From contig CANCAY010000001.1 of the NCBI GenBank assembly GCA_947374225.1, forward strand, positions 48,841-112,840: DNA of 64,000 nucleotides, given 5' to 3'. Source of the stretch: Chitinophagaceae bacterium. GTDB taxonomy: Bacteria > Bacteroidota > Bacteroidia > Chitinophagales > Chitinophagaceae. A model generated the notes under the pieces. It saw only the letters and a list, made by a program, of their open reading frames with translations. It was not told the DNA's origin and ran no database searches. This document shows positions 20,823 through 30,958 of this stretch, one piece after another. The position numbers were made by a program, and so were the translations under genes. How positions within the stretch are numbered: the first letter of the stretch is position 1; each line of letters begins with the position of its first letter.

Positions 20823-21336
20823 TATTTTAAAAAATACCATTCGCTTTGTATTGTTTTTATTGATACAAATAATCATTTTGAATGAAGTGCCCCCATTGCA
20901 CCAATTCATCACACCTTATATCTATTTCCTATTCTTGTTATGGTTGCCATTTGGTACCAATAGAATTACAATGACCTTAGTTGGTTTTGTTTTTGGATAT
21001 AGTCTTGATTTATTCACAAACACGCCAGGCTTACATGCAGCGGCTTGCACACTTCTTGGTTATCTAAGACCTACCGTGCTAAATTTATTGTTAGCTCAAG
21101 AAGCTTCCGAAGAAGTTAATAAAGAGCCCAGCATTGGTTCAATGGGATGGGGTCCTTATTTTATTTATGTTTTTGTGTTAACTTTTGTACATCACTTTTA
21201 TTTAGTATTGCTTGAATGGCTTCAGTTTGGGAACTTTACCTATTTTATTGGAAAAGTTATTACTACAAGTTTAATGAGCTTATTATTGATTTTCTTGACT
21301 GAGCTTATTATGAACAGAAGAAAGCTTAAAAGATAA
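20815..21336 (+). CDS. mreD: rod shape-determining protein MreD
   Basis: hydrophobic, G.SLDLF.NTPGLHAAAC motif, operon position. Confidence 0.88.
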   Translation: MNNILKNTIRFVLFLLIQIIILNEVPPLHQFITPYIYFLFLLWLPFGTNRITMTLVGFVFGYSLDLFTNTPGLHAAACTLLGYLRPTVLNLLLAQEASEEVNKEPSIGSMGWGPYFIYVFVLTFVHHFYLVLLEWLQFGNFTYFIGKVITTSLMSLLLIFLTELIMNRRKLKR

Positions 21337-21339
21337 TTC

Positions 21340-23520
21340 ATGGCACTATACAATTCGAACCGTGGTGGTATCATTCAAATTATAATTGGAGTCATTTTTG
21401 TAATTCTAGTTGGGCAACTTATTAGTTTACAAATTATATCTAATAAATATAAATTAGCGGCAGACAACAATGCCATCTTTAGGAAAATTATTTACCCCGA
21501 TAGAGGAATTATTTACGACCGAAAGAAAAGAGCTTTATTGGAGAATAGTATTAGTTACGATTTAGTAGTAATACCAAATGAAGCAAAAGGAGTAGACACA
21601 ACTACCCTATGTGATATATTGAAAATTAGTAAAGAAGAGTTCAGTAAAAGAATGATAGAAGTGATCATTAAAAACTCAAGAGTTAAGGCTGGAGTTTTTG
21701 AACCTTTTCTTTCTCCTGAATTATATGCACAGTTAACTGAAAATTTATACCGATTCCCTGGATTCTCTTTATCAGAAAGATCCATACGTAATTACCCCTA
21801 TAACACAGCAGCCCATGTATTAGGTTATGTTGCAGAAGTAGACGTGAACTTTTTACAAAAGCATGAAGACGAAGGTTATGAGATGGGCGATTATGCTGGA
21901 ATGACTGGACTAGAAAAACAATACGAATCTATTTTAATGGGGCAACGAGGTGTCAAAAGATTTTTAAGAGACAATAAAGGGAAAATTCAAAGTGCTTATG
22001 AAAAAGGAGAGTTTGACACTTTAGCAATTGCAGGCAAGAATTTATATACTAGCATTGATGTACAAGTGCAGCAATTAGCTGAAAAATTATTAACGAATAA
22101 AGTTGGAAGTGCGGTTGCTATAAATCCTAAAACGGGGGGTGTAATTGCAATGGCATCTAGCCCTGGATATAATCCTAATTTATTAACTGGTAGTCAGAGA
22201 AGAAAAACTATTGGCAGATTACTAATGGACACTGCTAGACCTATCTATAATCGCGCTATTAAAGGACAGTACCCTCCTGGCTCTACTTTCAAACCCCTAG
22301 GTGCCTTAATTGCATTAGACGAGGGTTTAATCACTCCTTCCTATGGCTATAACTGTTATGGATCTTATGCAGCTTGCGGTGATCCAAGAAAATGTGAGCA
22401 TCATAATCCAGGACACGCTGCCAATTTACAATTAGCATTAGCCAACTCCTGTAACTCCTACTTTTTGCAAGTGTTTAGAATGGCCATTGATAATCCAAAA
22501 TATCACAATGCTAAAACTGGCTATTTAAAGTGGAAAGAATATGTAAATGGATTTGGCTTAGGTAGAAAATTAGGAATTGACTTGCCAAGTGAAAACAAAG
22601 CAAATATTCCAGACACCGCAGCTTATAATAAAGATTTTGGAAACCCTAAGTATTGGAATAGCTGTTACATGCTAACATTAGGAATTGGACAAGATAGAAT
22701 GACAGCCACTCCATTACAATTAGCCAATAGCATGGCATTTATAGCAAATGACGGATATTATATTACGCCTCACTTTGTAGATAGTATAGAAGAAGAGTCT
22801 GAGCAAGAATCTGAGTTGATGGAAAAATATCGTACTAAGCAAAAAGTAACTAGTATTCCTAACCCCTATTTTAAAATAATTAAAGAAGGGATGCACGACG
22901 TAACCGTATATGGTACCGCTGCATTTATCAAAGTACCAGGGCACGAGTATTGTGCAAAAACAGGTACAGCACAAAATCCACACGGGAAAAACCACTCCTT
23001 ATTTGTATGTTTTGCACCTAAAGACAACCCAAAAATAGCAGTAGCAGTGATTGTTGAAAATGCAGGATACGGAGCCACTTGGGCCGGACCTATTGCTGGG
23101 TTAATGATGGAGCAATATTTAAACGACAGTTTAACTGCAGAAAGTAAATTGAAAGCTGACAATTTAGAGAAAGTGGATTTATTGCCACAAGCTATAAAAG
23201 ACTGGTATGTTAGAAATAATAAATCTGCCTATTTAGCGCCATTAGAATACAATAATGATGAATTGTCAGACGTTTGGGATATGGAGATGATATCTGGAGA
23301 AACGCCAATAGTAACAAAACCAGTTGACACTTTAAAAAAGGACACTAGTATTAAATCCGGGGCGCCTGCTTTACCTCCAGTAAAACCTAAACCGAATAAA
23401 GACAGTGCACTAAATATTGATAATAAGCAGAAAAAAATTGTCCTTAAAAAAGGGGCCGTTAAAAAGAAAGCATCCATAAAAAAGAAAGCACTTATAAAAT
23501 CTAATGTCAACCACATCTAA
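21340..23520 (+). CDS. mrdA: penicillin-binding protein 2 (class B transpeptidase) with Lys-rich C-terminal tail
   Basis: PDRGIIYDR, SxxK (GSTFK), SxN (SCN), KTG (KTGTAQN); operon position. Confidence 0.93.
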   Translation: MALYNSNRGGIIQIIIGVIFVILVGQLISLQIISNKYKLAADNNAIFRKIIYPDRGIIYDRKKRALLENSISYDLVVIPNEAKGVDTTTLCDILKISKEEFSKRMIEVIIKNSRVKAGVFEPFLSPELYAQLTENLYRFPGFSLSERSIRNYPYNTAAHVLGYVAEVDVNFLQKHEDEGYEMGDYAGMTGLEKQYESILMGQRGVKRFLRDNKGKIQSAYEKGEFDTLAIAGKNLYTSIDVQVQQLAEKLLTNKVGSAVAINPKTGGVIAMASSPGYNPNLLTGSQRRKTIGRLLMDTARPIYNRAIKGQYPPGSTFKPLGALIALDEGLITPSYGYNCYGSYAACGDPRKCEHHNPGHAANLQLALANSCNSYFLQVFRMAIDNPKYHNAKTGYLKWKEYVNGFGLGRKLGIDLPSENKANIPDTAAYNKDFGNPKYWNSCYMLTLGIGQDRMTATPLQLANSMAFIANDGYYITPHFVDSIEEESEQESELMEKYRTKQKVTSIPNPYFKIIKEGMHDVTVYGTAAFIKVPGHEYCAKTGTAQNPHGKNHSLFVCFAPKDNPKIAVAVIVENAGYGATWAGPIAGLMMEQYLNDSLTAESKLKADNLEKVDLLPQAIKDWYVRNNKSAYLAPLEYNNDELSDVWDMEMISGETPIVTKPVDTLKKDTSIKSGAPALPPVKPKPNKDSALNIDNKQKKIVLKKGAVKKKASIKKKALIKSNVNHI

Positions 23521-24850
23521 TCAAAATAATTTTTCTAAGGGAACCGATCTTGCGGTGATCCTGCTATATCTATTGATGGTGGCTATAGGTATTTTGTGCA
23601 TATATATGGTAGAATACAATCCCAATGCAAGCTGGGGCACATCTTTTATAACAGCTAAGACCAACTATAGTAAACAATTTTATTTTGCTATTTTTTGTTC
23701 CTTTATAGGTATTTTCATTTTACTCATGGACAGTAAAGTATTTACTGCGTTAGCAAATGTTTCTTATGGAGCAGGCATATTATTAATGCTTGCCACTTTT
23801 GTATTAGGAAAAAATATAAACGGTTCAAAAAGTTGGATCCCCGTTGCAGCAGGCTTTAATTTACAACCTGCAGAATTATGTAAAATTTTTACCGCACTTG
23901 TATTGGCTAAGTTTATTTCAAAGCCTGAAACAGATTTTACAAAGTTAAAATCTCATTTGACAGCTGGAATTATGATTGCGCTGCCTGCCATTTTATCTAT
24001 CATGCAACATGAGTTAGGCTTAGCATTGGTTTATAGTGCTTTTATTTTTGCTATGTACAGAGAGGGTTTACCGCCAGCCATACTTATTATTTTACTTTCT
24101 TTCGCTATTTTGGTTATTGCAACATTGTTGCTAGACCCTGTTTTATTAGCTATTATATTAACAGTTATTGCAGCAATCATAATCATTGTTTTAATCAAAA
24201 GATTTAAACGTAATAAAAATACCATACTGATTGTAGTAGCTATTTGGGTGGTATGTTCAGGGACTGTCAGATTTGCTGTTCCTTATATTTTCAATAATGT
24301 ATTAGAATGTTATCAGAGTACTCGTATTTACAGCATGGTGGGTAAAGAGTATGATTGTAATATGAATGAAAAATCTGCAGTGGCCGCAGGTAGTAAAAAA
24401 AGCAGAAAGCCAGATGATTATAATGTAAAGCAAAGTAAGATTGCAATAGGGTCTGGCGGATTCTGGGGAAGAGGCTTTTTGAAAGGCACTCAAACCAGAG
24501 GAAAATATGTACCAGAACAACATACCGATTTTATATTCACTTCACTAGGAGAAGCATTTGGATTTGTTGGAACATTCACCTTTTTAGGACTATACTTGTT
24601 TTTTCTTTTCAGACTAGTGCGTATTGCAGAAAGACAAAGAAGTACTTTTTCAAGAGTATACGCTTATAGTGTAGTGGGTATCTTCTTTTTTCATATTGCA
24701 GTAAATATTAGTATGACTATTGGATTATTCCCTGTTGTTGGGATCCCATTACCGCTTATTAGTTATGGCGGATCCTCCCTACTTACTTTCACAGTACTCG
24801 TTTTTATTTTATTAAGATTAGACGCTGACAGGCAAATGGTGCTTCGTTAA
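23504..24850 (+). CDS. rodA: rod shape-determining SEDS protein RodA
   Basis: GSKSWI, QPAELCK, QSKIAIGSGG, PEQHTDFIF, GIPLPLISYGGSS. Confidence 0.93.
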   Translation: MSTTSNQNNFSKGTDLAVILLYLLMVAIGILCIYMVEYNPNASWGTSFITAKTNYSKQFYFAIFCSFIGIFILLMDSKVFTALANVSYGAGILLMLATFVLGKNINGSKSWIPVAAGFNLQPAELCKIFTALVLAKFISKPETDFTKLKSHLTAGIMIALPAILSIMQHELGLALVYSAFIFAMYREGLPPAILIILLSFAILVIATLLLDPVLLAIILTVIAAIIIIVLIKRFKRNKNTILIVVAIWVVCSGTVRFAVPYIFNNVLECYQSTRIYSMVGKEYDCNMNEKSAVAAGSKKSRKPDDYNVKQSKIAIGSGGFWGRGFLKGTQTRGKYVPEQHTDFIFTSLGEAFGFVGTFTFLGLYLFFLFRLVRIAERQRSTFSRVYAYSVVGIFFFHIAVNISMTIGLFPVVGIPLPLISYGGSSLLTFTVLVFILLRLDADRQMVLR

Positions 24851-24854
24851 TACC

Positions 24855-24862
24855 TATTTTTG
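24855..24862 (+). promoter_or_regulatory. -7 element TATTTTTG, 4 nt before the ATG of the MBL hydrolase
   Basis: matches TAnnTTTG. Confidence 0.55.
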
Positions 24863-24866
24863 CAAC

Positions 24867-25625
24867 ATGCGCATTTACCCTTTATCAGAAGGTAGTTTTA
24901 CAATTGATCAAACCAAAGTGTTTGTTCCATTTAATACCAATACCGAAAACCTACAACTACGTCCAAAAGGTAGTATCCTAGTGGAAATTCAACCTTTTGT
25001 TGTTGTCACAGACAATGATATCATTTTACTTGATACTGGTTTAGGCTATTTTAATAATGCTGGCATTTTACAAATTCATGCTAATTTGATGGCAATTGGC
25101 ATTGACCCTTCTTCTGTAACTAAAGTATTCATGAGCCATTTACATAAGGACCATGCTGGGGGTATGACCTATGTCCACCCTACTCATCAAGAGCGTTTTG
25201 TGAGTTTTCCTTATGCAAAATATTATATTCAGAAAAGAGAATTCGAATACGCTATGAGCGAACCAAGCTCCTCTTATATAGCAGAGCAAATAGCTATTTT
25301 GGAATCCTTTAGTGGCGTTGAATGGTTGGAAGACGACCATGGAACTATTGACAATCTGATTCATTATCAAATGACTGCTGGACATTGCAAGTTTCACCAG
25401 GCCTGCTGGATTAAAGAGCAAAACGAAACTGTATTTTTTGGAGCAGACGTTGCTCCTCAATTACAACAAATGAAGTCTAAGTTTGTAGCCAAATACGATA
25501 TGGATGGCAAAAAATCTATGGAGTGGAGGCAATTATGGTGGGAATTAGGCAAAATTGAACAATGGAACTTCGCTTTTTATCATGATATCCAGTTTCCCAA
25601 TTACACCCCATGCAAGACTGTCTAA
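24867..25625 (+). CDS. MBL-fold metallo-hydrolase
   Basis: LLDTG, HLHKDH (HxHxDH), GH, FFGAD, FYHD. Confidence 0.85.
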   Translation: MRIYPLSEGSFTIDQTKVFVPFNTNTENLQLRPKGSILVEIQPFVVVTDNDIILLDTGLGYFNNAGILQIHANLMAIGIDPSSVTKVFMSHLHKDHAGGMTYVHPTHQERFVSFPYAKYYIQKREFEYAMSEPSSSYIAEQIAILESFSGVEWLEDDHGTIDNLIHYQMTAGHCKFHQACWIKEQNETVFFGADVAPQLQQMKSKFVAKYDMDGKKSMEWRQLWWELGKIEQWNFAFYHDIQFPNYTPCKTV

Positions 25626-25705
25626 AACAAACATTCATTAGGAACCAATACTAGCAAGGCTTTCATGGGACCATGTCATTTTTTCTGTATCTTTAATACA
25701 AGATT

Positions 25706-28297
25706 ATGGCAAACTCAAGCAACAATTATTCAGTTCAATTTAGAAGAAATGTGTCTGACAAATATATTATTTACAATAGTTTATTTGCCGCACTACCTTA
25801 TTCAGGAATCGCAAATGTAGGTGCCTTATTACCTATTATGCTACAAACCTGTGAGGAAGGATTTGCAAAAGGAAAATCTCCGGTAGAAATTATAGACTAT
25901 TTTTTTAAGCAACATACGGAGGTACTAACCGAGAAAGAAAAAATTGATCACTTGTTTAAGTATGTTCAATACATGGAAAGACAAGTTGTTTTATTTGATG
26001 CCATTGAAGACGCCGCATTTACAAGTGTCAATGATATTGAAGGAACAGGTAGTTTAAAAGCATTAATAAGAGAAGCCAATTTTACTGGAAAAACACAGGC
26101 ATTAAAAAATAAACTAAAGGACTTTAAGGTAAGAATTGTTTTAACCGCACATCCTACCCAGTTTTATCCTGCGAATGTATTAGGTATTATTCATGACATG
26201 GGAGATGCTATTGGGAAAAATGACTACAATACCATTAATCAATACATTCAACAATTAGGATTAACCCCTTTTTTCAATAAAAAGCAACCTAGTCCTACCG
26301 ACGAAGCACAGAATTTGATGTGGTATTTGGAAAATGTATTTTATCACTCCATTGGTAATATTTATAACACTATTATTCAAGAGGTATTTGATAATGAATT
26401 TGATGGGAACAACCCATTTATTGAATTGGGCTTCTGGCCAGGAGGCGACAGAGACGGGAATCCATTTGTGAATGCTGCAACCACTTTGAAAGTGGCACAG
26501 TTTTTAAGAAGTAGTATTATAGTTTGTTATTATAGAGATATTCGTAAACTAAAGCGCAAGCTCACTTTCACTGGAGTAGACGTTTTATTAAATTCTTTAG
26601 AAGCTTCCTTATATGAAAACGTTTTTAGGCCAGAAGACAGTCAACCAATAAGGCAGGAAGAGCTAATAGAATGTCTAACTATTATTAGAAAAAAACTAAT
26701 CGAAGAAAATCATTCTTTGTATTTAAATAAATTAGAAAGCGTTCTTAATAAAGTAAAAATATTTGGTACACACTTTGCTTCTTTAGATATTAGACAAGAC
26801 AGTCGTATACATCTTAAAGTATTACTAGATGTAAATGCACAAATTGAAGAAGCTACAGGAAAAAGTATATTACCAAGTAATTATGCTGAATTGTCTGGAA
26901 CAGAAAAAATGTCAATTTTAAATTCAGTACAAGGACAAGTGAATCCAGTTGATTTTAAAGAAACTATTACAAGAGACACTTTAGAAAGCATTTATGCAAT
27001 TAAAGAGGTACAAAAAATGAATGGCGAAGCTGGTTGCCATCGTTATGTAATTAGCAATTGTCAAACTGCGGTTAATGTGATGGAATTGTATGCGCTATTT
27101 AGATTATGCGGGTTTGATGAACAAATTAAAACAGTTGACATTGTCCCACTTTTTGAAACCATTGACGACCTAAAGGCTTCGGAAGGAGTTATGGATAGCT
27201 TGTATAACCACCCAATATATGCAAGTCATTTGCAAGCACGTAGGCAACAGCAACCAATCATGCTCGGATTTAGTGATGGCACTAAAGATGGCGGCTATTT
27301 GCAGGCTAATTGGGGGATTTATAAAGCCAAAGAAGTACTAACCAGTATTTCAAGAAAGCATAAAATTATAGTTAAGTTTTTTGATGGTCGAGGAGGCCCT
27401 CCTTCAAGAGGCGGAGGTAAAACACATCAATTTTATGCATCCATGGGCAATCAAATTGAAAATGAAGAAATTCAATTAACTGTTCAAGGGCAAACTATTA
27501 CTTCTAATTTTGGAACCATCCAGTCTGCTCAATATAATTTAGAACAAATGGTTAGTGCGGGAGTGAGCCATGAACTATTCGCTGATACCAAATTACAACT
27601 TTCAGAACAAGACCGACTTATCCTAGAATCCCTGGGGGATATAAGTTATGCGTCTTATCAGCAACTTAAAGAAAATCCACTATTCCTACCATACCTTCAA
27701 AAGTTTAGCCCCTTAAATTTTTATAGTAAAAGTAATATCGCTAGTAGACCTGCTAAAAGAGGTGGAGGCAATACTTTAAAATTTGAAGACCTTAGAGCTA
27801 TTCCATTTGTTGGAAGCTGGAGTCAGTTAAAGCAAAATGTACCTGGTTATTATGGAGTTGGTACTGCATTACAAGTTTTAAAAGAAAAGGGATTATGGAA
27901 AGAAGTACAGTCCCTATTTAATAATATATCTTTTTTCAGGACCTTAGTTGACAATAGCATGATGAGTATGGTAAAATCAAATTTTGCTATTACTAAATAC
28001 ATTGACACTGACCCCGAATACAAAGCCATTTGGAATAGTATTAAGGAAGAGTTTCAATTAACAACTCAGTTATATCTTGAATTAAGTGGAGCGACTAGTT
28101 TAATGGAGACAGATCCCGTTGGCAAACATTCTATTTTATTAAGAGACCGTATTGTATTACCATTGTTGACAATTCAGCAATATGCATTAAGTAAAGTTCA
28201 AAATGAAATTATGGAAGCTGAATCAAAAGCTTCTTACGAAAAACTTTTAACAAGAACCATGTTTGGAATTATCAATGCAGCTAGAAATTCAGCTTAA
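25706..28297 (+). CDS. ppc: phosphoenolpyruvate carboxylase
   Basis: VLTAHPTQ, GGDRDGNP, VPLFET, MLGFSDGTKDGG, GRGGPPSRGGG, LRAIPFVGSWSQ, GIINAARNSA. Confidence 0.95.
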   Translation: MANSSNNYSVQFRRNVSDKYIIYNSLFAALPYSGIANVGALLPIMLQTCEEGFAKGKSPVEIIDYFFKQHTEVLTEKEKIDHLFKYVQYMERQVVLFDAIEDAAFTSVNDIEGTGSLKALIREANFTGKTQALKNKLKDFKVRIVLTAHPTQFYPANVLGIIHDMGDAIGKNDYNTINQYIQQLGLTPFFNKKQPSPTDEAQNLMWYLENVFYHSIGNIYNTIIQEVFDNEFDGNNPFIELGFWPGGDRDGNPFVNAATTLKVAQFLRSSIIVCYYRDIRKLKRKLTFTGVDVLLNSLEASLYENVFRPEDSQPIRQEELIECLTIIRKKLIEENHSLYLNKLESVLNKVKIFGTHFASLDIRQDSRIHLKVLLDVNAQIEEATGKSILPSNYAELSGTEKMSILNSVQGQVNPVDFKETITRDTLESIYAIKEVQKMNGEAGCHRYVISNCQTAVNVMELYALFRLCGFDEQIKTVDIVPLFETIDDLKASEGVMDSLYNHPIYASHLQARRQQQPIMLGFSDGTKDGGYLQANWGIYKAKEVLTSISRKHKIIVKFFDGRGGPPSRGGGKTHQFYASMGNQIENEEIQLTVQGQTITSNFGTIQSAQYNLEQMVSAGVSHELFADTKLQLSEQDRLILESLGDISYASYQQLKENPLFLPYLQKFSPLNFYSKSNIASRPAKRGGGNTLKFEDLRAIPFVGSWSQLKQNVPGYYGVGTALQVLKEKGLWKEVQSLFNNISFFRTLVDNSMMSMVKSNFAITKYIDTDPEYKAIWNSIKEEFQLTTQLYLELSGATSLMETDPVGKHSILLRDRIVLPLLTIQQYALSKVQNEIMEAESKASYEKLLTRTMFGIINAARNSA

Positions 28298-28338
28298 TAC
28301 TTTATATAAGGTAATTTAAATTAGGATACTATTTTTAC

Positions 28339-28944
28339 TTAGACTGGCGCTTTGGTGTCCTTCCATTCCCATAAATGTAAACAAGCATAGGTTTTATAAG
28401 GAGCCCATTTTTCAGCTTTAGCTAACATTTTAGTTTGTAATTCTTTTTTGGTCTCATACTTGATATTGTACAATTTTATCATTGCTTGCTGAATACCCAA
28501 GTCGTCCACCGCGAACACATTTTCATGACCTAAGCTGAACATCAATAACATCTCCACTGTCCATCTTCCAACTCCTTTTATCTGAGTCAATAATTCAATA
28601 ACGGATTCCGGATCCATCTTATACAACTGCTTGTCCGTTATTTTTTCTGCTAAAAAGAAATGTGCTACATTTTGAACATAAGCAACTTTTGAATTACTTA
28701 ATCCTATTGCTCTTAATGTTTCAGGGGCTGTTGCTATTACCTGTTCGCAACTAGGCTCTTTGGCTTCATACAAATCCAAGAATCTAAGAAAAATAATTTT
28801 AGCTACTTTGGTACTTAATTGCTGGCTAATAATACTGGCAATTAATCGAATTGCAGTGTTTTTTCTACGTTTTAAAATATGGTCATCCGCTTTTAATAGC
28901 GACGCCATTTTTAGATCCTTTTTTAAATGTGACTTATAAGACAT
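28339..28944 (-). CDS. DNA-3-methyladenine glycosylase II family (AlkA-like, short form)
   Basis: SIISQQLS, GLSNSK, HhH IKGVGRWTVEM, FAVDDLGI, KWAPYKT. Confidence 0.88.
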   Translation of the reverse strand: MSYKSHLKKDLKMASLLKADDHILKRRKNTAIRLIASIISQQLSTKVAKIIFLRFLDLYEAKEPSCEQVIATAPETLRAIGLSNSKVAYVQNVAHFFLAEKITDKQLYKMDPESVIELLTQIKGVGRWTVEMLLMFSLGHENVFAVDDLGIQQAMIKLYNIKYETKKELQTKMLAKAEKWAPYKTYACLHLWEWKDTKAPV

Positions 28945-29062
28945 GGCACAAATTAGGGAGTTTTATTTATTTATCTTAACTTTTCATTCCACAGTATCCC
29001 AATATGAACCAACTTTATAATATACAGTTATTCTCAAAATAGATTCAACCCCAATTCATATT

Positions 29063-29485
29063 ATGAAACGAATATTTATAATTTTATTTATTGCATTTAG
29101 CCATATTGCTTCCGGGCAAAATAGCGACATACAATCCATTCAAAAAACGCTATCAAATCAAATAACAGCTTGGAATAAAGGAGACCTGAATTCCTTTATG
29201 GTAGGCTATTGGCAAAACGACAGCCTTGTATTTATTGGCAAGAAGGGAATCACTTATGGCTATAATAAAACCTTGGATAATTATAAAAAAAATTACCCAG
29301 ACAAAAGTCATATGGGACAGCTGCAGTTTGATATTATAAGTATAAATCCAATGGGTGAAACTCATTATTTTATTATAGGTAAATGGCATTTAACAAGAAC
29401 TGTTGGGGACCTGGAAGGTCACTTTACTTTGCTATTCAAAAAAATAAATGGGATTTGGAATATTATTGCGGATCATAGTAGCTAA
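29063..29485 (+). CDS. DUF4440 / NTF2-like secreted protein
   Basis: signal peptide, AWNKGDLNSFM.GYW, YKKNYP...MG.L.F, GKWHL, W.IIADHSS. Confidence 0.8.
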   Translation: MKRIFIILFIAFSHIASGQNSDIQSIQKTLSNQITAWNKGDLNSFMVGYWQNDSLVFIGKKGITYGYNKTLDNYKKNYPDKSHMGQLQFDIISINPMGETHYFIIGKWHLTRTVGDLEGHFTLLFKKINGIWNIIADHSS

Positions 29486-29864
29486 CCTTTGGCGCCACTT
29501 CAACAATAAACCACTTGGTATAAACTAGATACCCAAAACTGATTCCTATAAAAGAGAAAAGAATATCATACATGTCAAACGTGCGTCTAAAAATGGGGAA
29601 TAGCTGAGCCAATTCATTTCCAATCATAAATATCAAGCCTGCTAAACATACTTGAAATACCATTTTCTTATGCGTTAAGCGTATCCAACGTTTAAAGAAT
29701 AAGTCTGCACAGAATGGAAAAATAAAAGCACTTATTAAATTAGGCGCTACGTCCTTAGCAAGATTAAACTGAACAGGCAGATGGACATAATGGCGCAAAT
29801 AAAATTTATCATACAAGATTATAAAAGCACCCACTAAAAATATAGTAATTTTCTTGCGCTTCAT
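29463..29864 (-). CDS. hypothetical membrane protein, VanZ-like
   Basis: four TM segments and E..Q....RTFD..DI motif; ATG overlaps the M23 stop (TAATG). Confidence 0.5.
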   Translation of the reverse strand: MKRKKITIFLVGAFIILYDKFYLRHYVHLPVQFNLAKDVAPNLISAFIFPFCADLFFKRWIRLTHKKMVFQVCLAGLIFMIGNELAQLFPIFRRTFDMYDILFSFIGISFGYLVYTKWFIVEVAPKVSYYDPQ

Positions 29865-30835
29865 TAATCTAAACTTTGCTTATTCGCTGCAGCAGCTTTC
29901 AACATTCTATCAAATTGCGCAGGTGTTAAATCATTATAGAAATAATAAACAGGGTCTACTTTCGCCCCTCTCTTAATAACTTCATAATGGCAATGGGGTC
30001 CAGTACTTTTACCTGTGCTACCCACATACCCAATGACTTCTCCTCGCTTAACAGTCTGTCCTGATCTCACTTTAACACGAACCATATGACCATAAAGGGT
30101 TTGATAACCATACCCGTGATTTATAACTACTTTATTTCCGTAACCGTCAGTATTAAATCCAGCTATTTGCACTACCCCATCCGATGTTGCGTAAATAGGG
30201 GTACCCACTGGGGCAGCAAAGTCTAGTCCTGCATGTAAACGATAGTCTTTATATAAAGGATCAATTCTATAACCAAAACCAGACGCTACCCTATTTAAAT
30301 TTTTATTACTAACAGGCTGAATAGCAGGTATGGCTCTAAGTAATTTTTCTTTATTCTTAACCATTGTGGTAATCTCAACAAAGGAATTTGTTTGAAAAGA
30401 CATCCTTAAACTCAAATTATTTAATTGCCCTTGCATATTTTTCAACAAGTCAATATTTGATAAATTTTGTATTAAGTTCACCTCTTTCTTAGCCTCCATT
30501 TCCTTTACTCTAGCACTATCTGGAATGGGATCCGCCTCAAATATAGATCTGTACACTTCATTATCTCGACTTTCTAATTCGTTCATCTGAAGTTCTAATT
30601 GCTTCACCCTTTCTTGTATTACACTATAACTTTCTTTATAAGAGTCATTTTGCTGACGCAATAGCTTTTCTTTTGGGGAGTCAATATACTGGAACATGAT
30701 AATTACAATTACAATGCCAGTTACAATAGATGCAGCCACATATCCAAATAGTTGCAATAAGCGCACTCTAAGGGGAACTTCGACTTTTTCAAATCGTAGT
30801 GTATGGGTATTAAAGAAATATTTAATTTTCTTCAT
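29864..30835 (-). CDS. M23 family metallopeptidase
   Basis: HAGLDF (HxxxD), YGH, STGPHCHYEV (HxH); N-terminal TM and coiled coil. Confidence 0.92.
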   Translation of the reverse strand: MKKIKYFFNTHTLRFEKVEVPLRVRLLQLFGYVAASIVTGIVIVIIMFQYIDSPKEKLLRQQNDSYKESYSVIQERVKQLELQMNELESRDNEVYRSIFEADPIPDSARVKEMEAKKEVNLIQNLSNIDLLKNMQGQLNNLSLRMSFQTNSFVEITTMVKNKEKLLRAIPAIQPVSNKNLNRVASGFGYRIDPLYKDYRLHAGLDFAAPVGTPIYATSDGVVQIAGFNTDGYGNKVVINHGYGYQTLYGHMVRVKVRSGQTVKRGEVIGYVGSTGKSTGPHCHYEVIKRGAKVDPVYYFYNDLTPAQFDRMLKAAAANKQSLD

Positions 30836-30887
30836 CTGTTATGCATGATTATTGGGTCCAATAGCGCTAAAAAAGGCCTCATTTCCT

Positions 30888-30895
30888 TACCTTTG
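30888..30895 (+). promoter_or_regulatory. -7 element TACCTTTG upstream of alaS
   Basis: matches TAnnTTTG in the divergent intergenic region. Confidence 0.55.
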
Positions 30896-30958
30896 AGGTC
30901 TTTAAAAACCTTACAAATATAGCTTTTTAAAGAAGAACATCGCTTAAAATTCAGACCC

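Noticed and set aside
28943-28960. Sigma-54 -24/-12 promoter (TGGCAC...) given rpoN in the window
   Set aside because: TGGCAC is followed by AAATT-AGGG, not N5-TTGC; the other TGGCAC hits I checked also lack the -12 element, though I did not scan exhaustively.
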